Origin: Monocercomonoides exilis PA203
Taxonomy: Eukaryota; Protista; Preaxostyla
Length of the DNA stretch: 64,000 nucleotides
Direction: 5' to 3'
Assembly (NCBI GenBank): GCA_001643675.2
Contig: LSRY02000035.1
Coordinates: 372,001-436,000 of the forward strand
This document shows positions 62,171-64,000 of this stretch, piece by piece. A program made the translations under genes and the position numbers. The notes beneath the pieces were generated by a model. The model was not told the origin of the DNA. It did no database searches and saw only the letters and a list, made by a program, of their open reading frames with translations. How positions within the stretch are numbered: the stretch's first letter is position 1; each line of letters begins with the position of its first letter.

Positions 62171-64000
62171 ATGATAAATCTTCTGTCTGCGCTGCAATTA
62201 ATTGCGTGCTTAGTGTTAGGGGTAGAAGCTGAAAAAGATGAAGGCTTTGTGCTGAATGAGGTGCAAACAATTTTTGTTTCGCATTTTGGAGATAATTCGA
62301 GAAATGATTGCGGAACAAATATGGCGCCGTGCCAAACAATTGAACATGCACTTACGTTGCTGAATAAGGACATTGATGCAAAATTGATAAGGGTTATGGA
62401 CGAACTTGAAATACAAGCTGGGAGCAAATGGAATAAAGAGTTTCTGCTTGAAATTGGAAGTTCATCTCCTCAGGGCATAAGCCGAACGCTGAAAGTTGAT
62501 ATAAGCTCATCAGTGCAAAAGGGAATTTCACATGTTGTTTGTGAAATGGAGATGCAACTGCGTTGCTTGGATTTTTGTTTGACTCAAACAAATCAGAACC
62601 CAACAGATATATCTGGGGGCACCTTCGAAAACACCAGAGAAGGGCATGCACTGCATCAACAAGATGCACCTGCAGTCATTTTACTCGATTCAGAAAACGG
62701 AAACCTTCAGCTTGCTCATTGCACGATATCCACTTTGAAGCATTTGCTTGAGCCTTTTGAATTTTCATTTTTGAGCGCAAAAAGCGGAAAACTTTCGATT
62801 GCAGATCTGGACATAAACGACGTTTGTAAGTTCAAGGCAAAAGTTTCTCCATTTATTGTTTCAGAAAAAGTCAATATTGTCAATCTGGACGAGCTGAAAG
62901 TCGAACATTTTATTCTGGAGAAATGCTCTGTTTTTGAGCATCCGAAAAGCCTTAAGCTGAAAAACACTCATATTAATTATTGTGAAAGAAAGAACGAAAA
63001 TGTTGCATGCATGGATTGTTCGAGCAGTGCAGAAGATGTTGTCAATTTGGAGTTCACAAACTGTTTTTTTCAGTATTGCACTTCAGAAGATTCAATGGTC
63101 GGAGGCGCCCTTTCGGTTGGCATGGAAAATCCAAACAGCATTTTGGAAATGATGGGATGCTCCTTTCAAAGCTGCAAAGGTTTATGTGGAGCTGGTCTCT
63201 ATTTGAGTATTATTAAAGGAACAGTAACAATTTCGCAAACAAGTTTTTCATGTGAAGCGACAGTCGGAGGTGGCGGGATGTACGTGAAGGATGCGAATTT
63301 GATGAAAAGTTTAACTCTTATGGAAGTTTTATTTAATGACTGCAGCGCAGAAAATGGAGGAGGAGCGTGGATTGGCGTTGGCGGAGATGAAATAAAAACG
63401 AGCTGTTGGTTTCAAAATTGCCTTTTTTCAGGAAACAAGGTCTTGGAAAGTGGAGCAGATTTGTTTGTCTCGGAAGGCGGAACAAAATCGATTGACAAGA
63501 CTATTATTGACGAGAAAACGTTCTCGACTTCGGAAAGCAAAAGAGTTTGCATTCAAAATGCTACAAGTGGTGATATCCAGGAAAGAGATGATTTGCTGGG
63601 TGAAGGATCGTTGACTTATTACTTAAACGTTGACACAGGAAAAGACGATCCTGAATGCGGATTGGGAAAAGAGACGCCTTGCTTTTCGATGAGCGCAACG
63701 ATTAAGAGAATTGAAGTGAAATGGCAAACAAGCGTAATTGCAGATGGAGAGGGAATGATGCAGGTCAAAGAGCCAATAAACTTCGATGGCGATAAAGCAA
63801 TAGTTGTGGGAAGGAATTCGAAGAAATTGAATGTGAACGTTGCGTTGACAAAGGGACTTGTGGCAAATGGAGATGGAGCAATAAATGTTAGAAATAAGGC
63901 ATCAGTGTATCTGAGTTTATGGGACATAAATATAGATACAACGATTGAAACAACCAAGACTTCACCATTTGTTGTTTCCAGCGATTCTGCCTGGGCCTTT
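62171..64000 (+). CDS. Secreted/surface pectin-lyase-fold (parallel beta-helix, Pmp-like) protein, partial and running off the window
   Basis: Open frame of 610 codons from ATG 62171 to the window end. It has a signal peptide (MINLLSALQLIACLVLG), two cap motifs (FVSHFGDN..DCG..APCQTI; YLNVDTGKDDPECG..TPCFSM), and GGAL/GAGL/GGGM/GGGA repeats with F..C spacers. Confidence 0.82.
   Translation, partial: MINLLSALQLIACLVLGVEAEKDEGFVLNEVQTIFVSHFGDNSRNDCGTNMAPCQTIEHALTLLNKDIDAKLIRVMDELEIQAGSKWNKEFLLEIGSSSPQGISRTLKVDISSSVQKGISHVVCEMEMQLRCLDFCLTQTNQNPTDISGGTFENTREGHALHQQDAPAVILLDSENGNLQLAHCTISTLKHLLEPFEFSFLSAKSGKLSIADLDINDVCKFKAKVSPFIVSEKVNIVNLDELKVEHFILEKCSVFEHPKSLKLKNTHINYCERKNENVACMDCSSSAEDVVNLEFTNCFFQYCTSEDSMVGGALSVGMENPNSILEMMGCSFQSCKGLCGAGLYLSIIKGTVTISQTSFSCEATVGGGGMYVKDANLMKSLTLMEVLFNDCSAENGGGAWIGVGGDEIKTSCWFQNCLFSGNKVLESGADLFVSEGGTKSIDKTIIDEKTFSTSESKRVCIQNATSGDIQERDDLLGEGSLTYYLNVDTGKDDPECGLGKETPCFSMSATIKRIEVKWQTSVIADGEGMMQVKEPINFDGDKAIVVGRNSKKLNVNVALTKGLVANGDGAINVRNKASVYLSLWDINIDTTIETTKTSPFVVSSDSAWAF

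Overview
Eukaryotic, intron-containing genomic DNA using the standard genetic code. The AT-rich short introns, extreme poly-Ser/poly-Glu expansions, flagellar LRRC56 and beta-helix surface-protein family suggest an oxymonad such as Monocercomonoides (inference). Positions 1-48 kb are gene-dense and include three head-to-head gene pairs. They hold BiP, an SR protein, a ~3,300-aa WD40/coiled-coil protein, a ~5,200-aa two-RRM protein, an ARM-repeat protein, an FtsX/MacB-like permease, LRRC56/ODA8 and TAF6. Positions 48.5-64 kb look accessory: a dead pogo-type DDE transposase, a hypothetical gene, a 435-bp foldback element, two tandem peptidase S41 pseudogenes, a 1,602-bp TA-flanked element with perfect 54-bp TIRs, a divergent Arf GTPase, and a beta-helix surface-protein ORF that runs off the window and is missing from the ORF track. 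The most notable observations are the GTTTG/+4T 5' splice-site consensus, a 5-nt microexon, a GC-AG intron, the TIR element, the eukaryotic type VII ABC-like permease and the catalytically altered Arf. All exon structures were reconstructed by eye and need RNA-seq confirmation.
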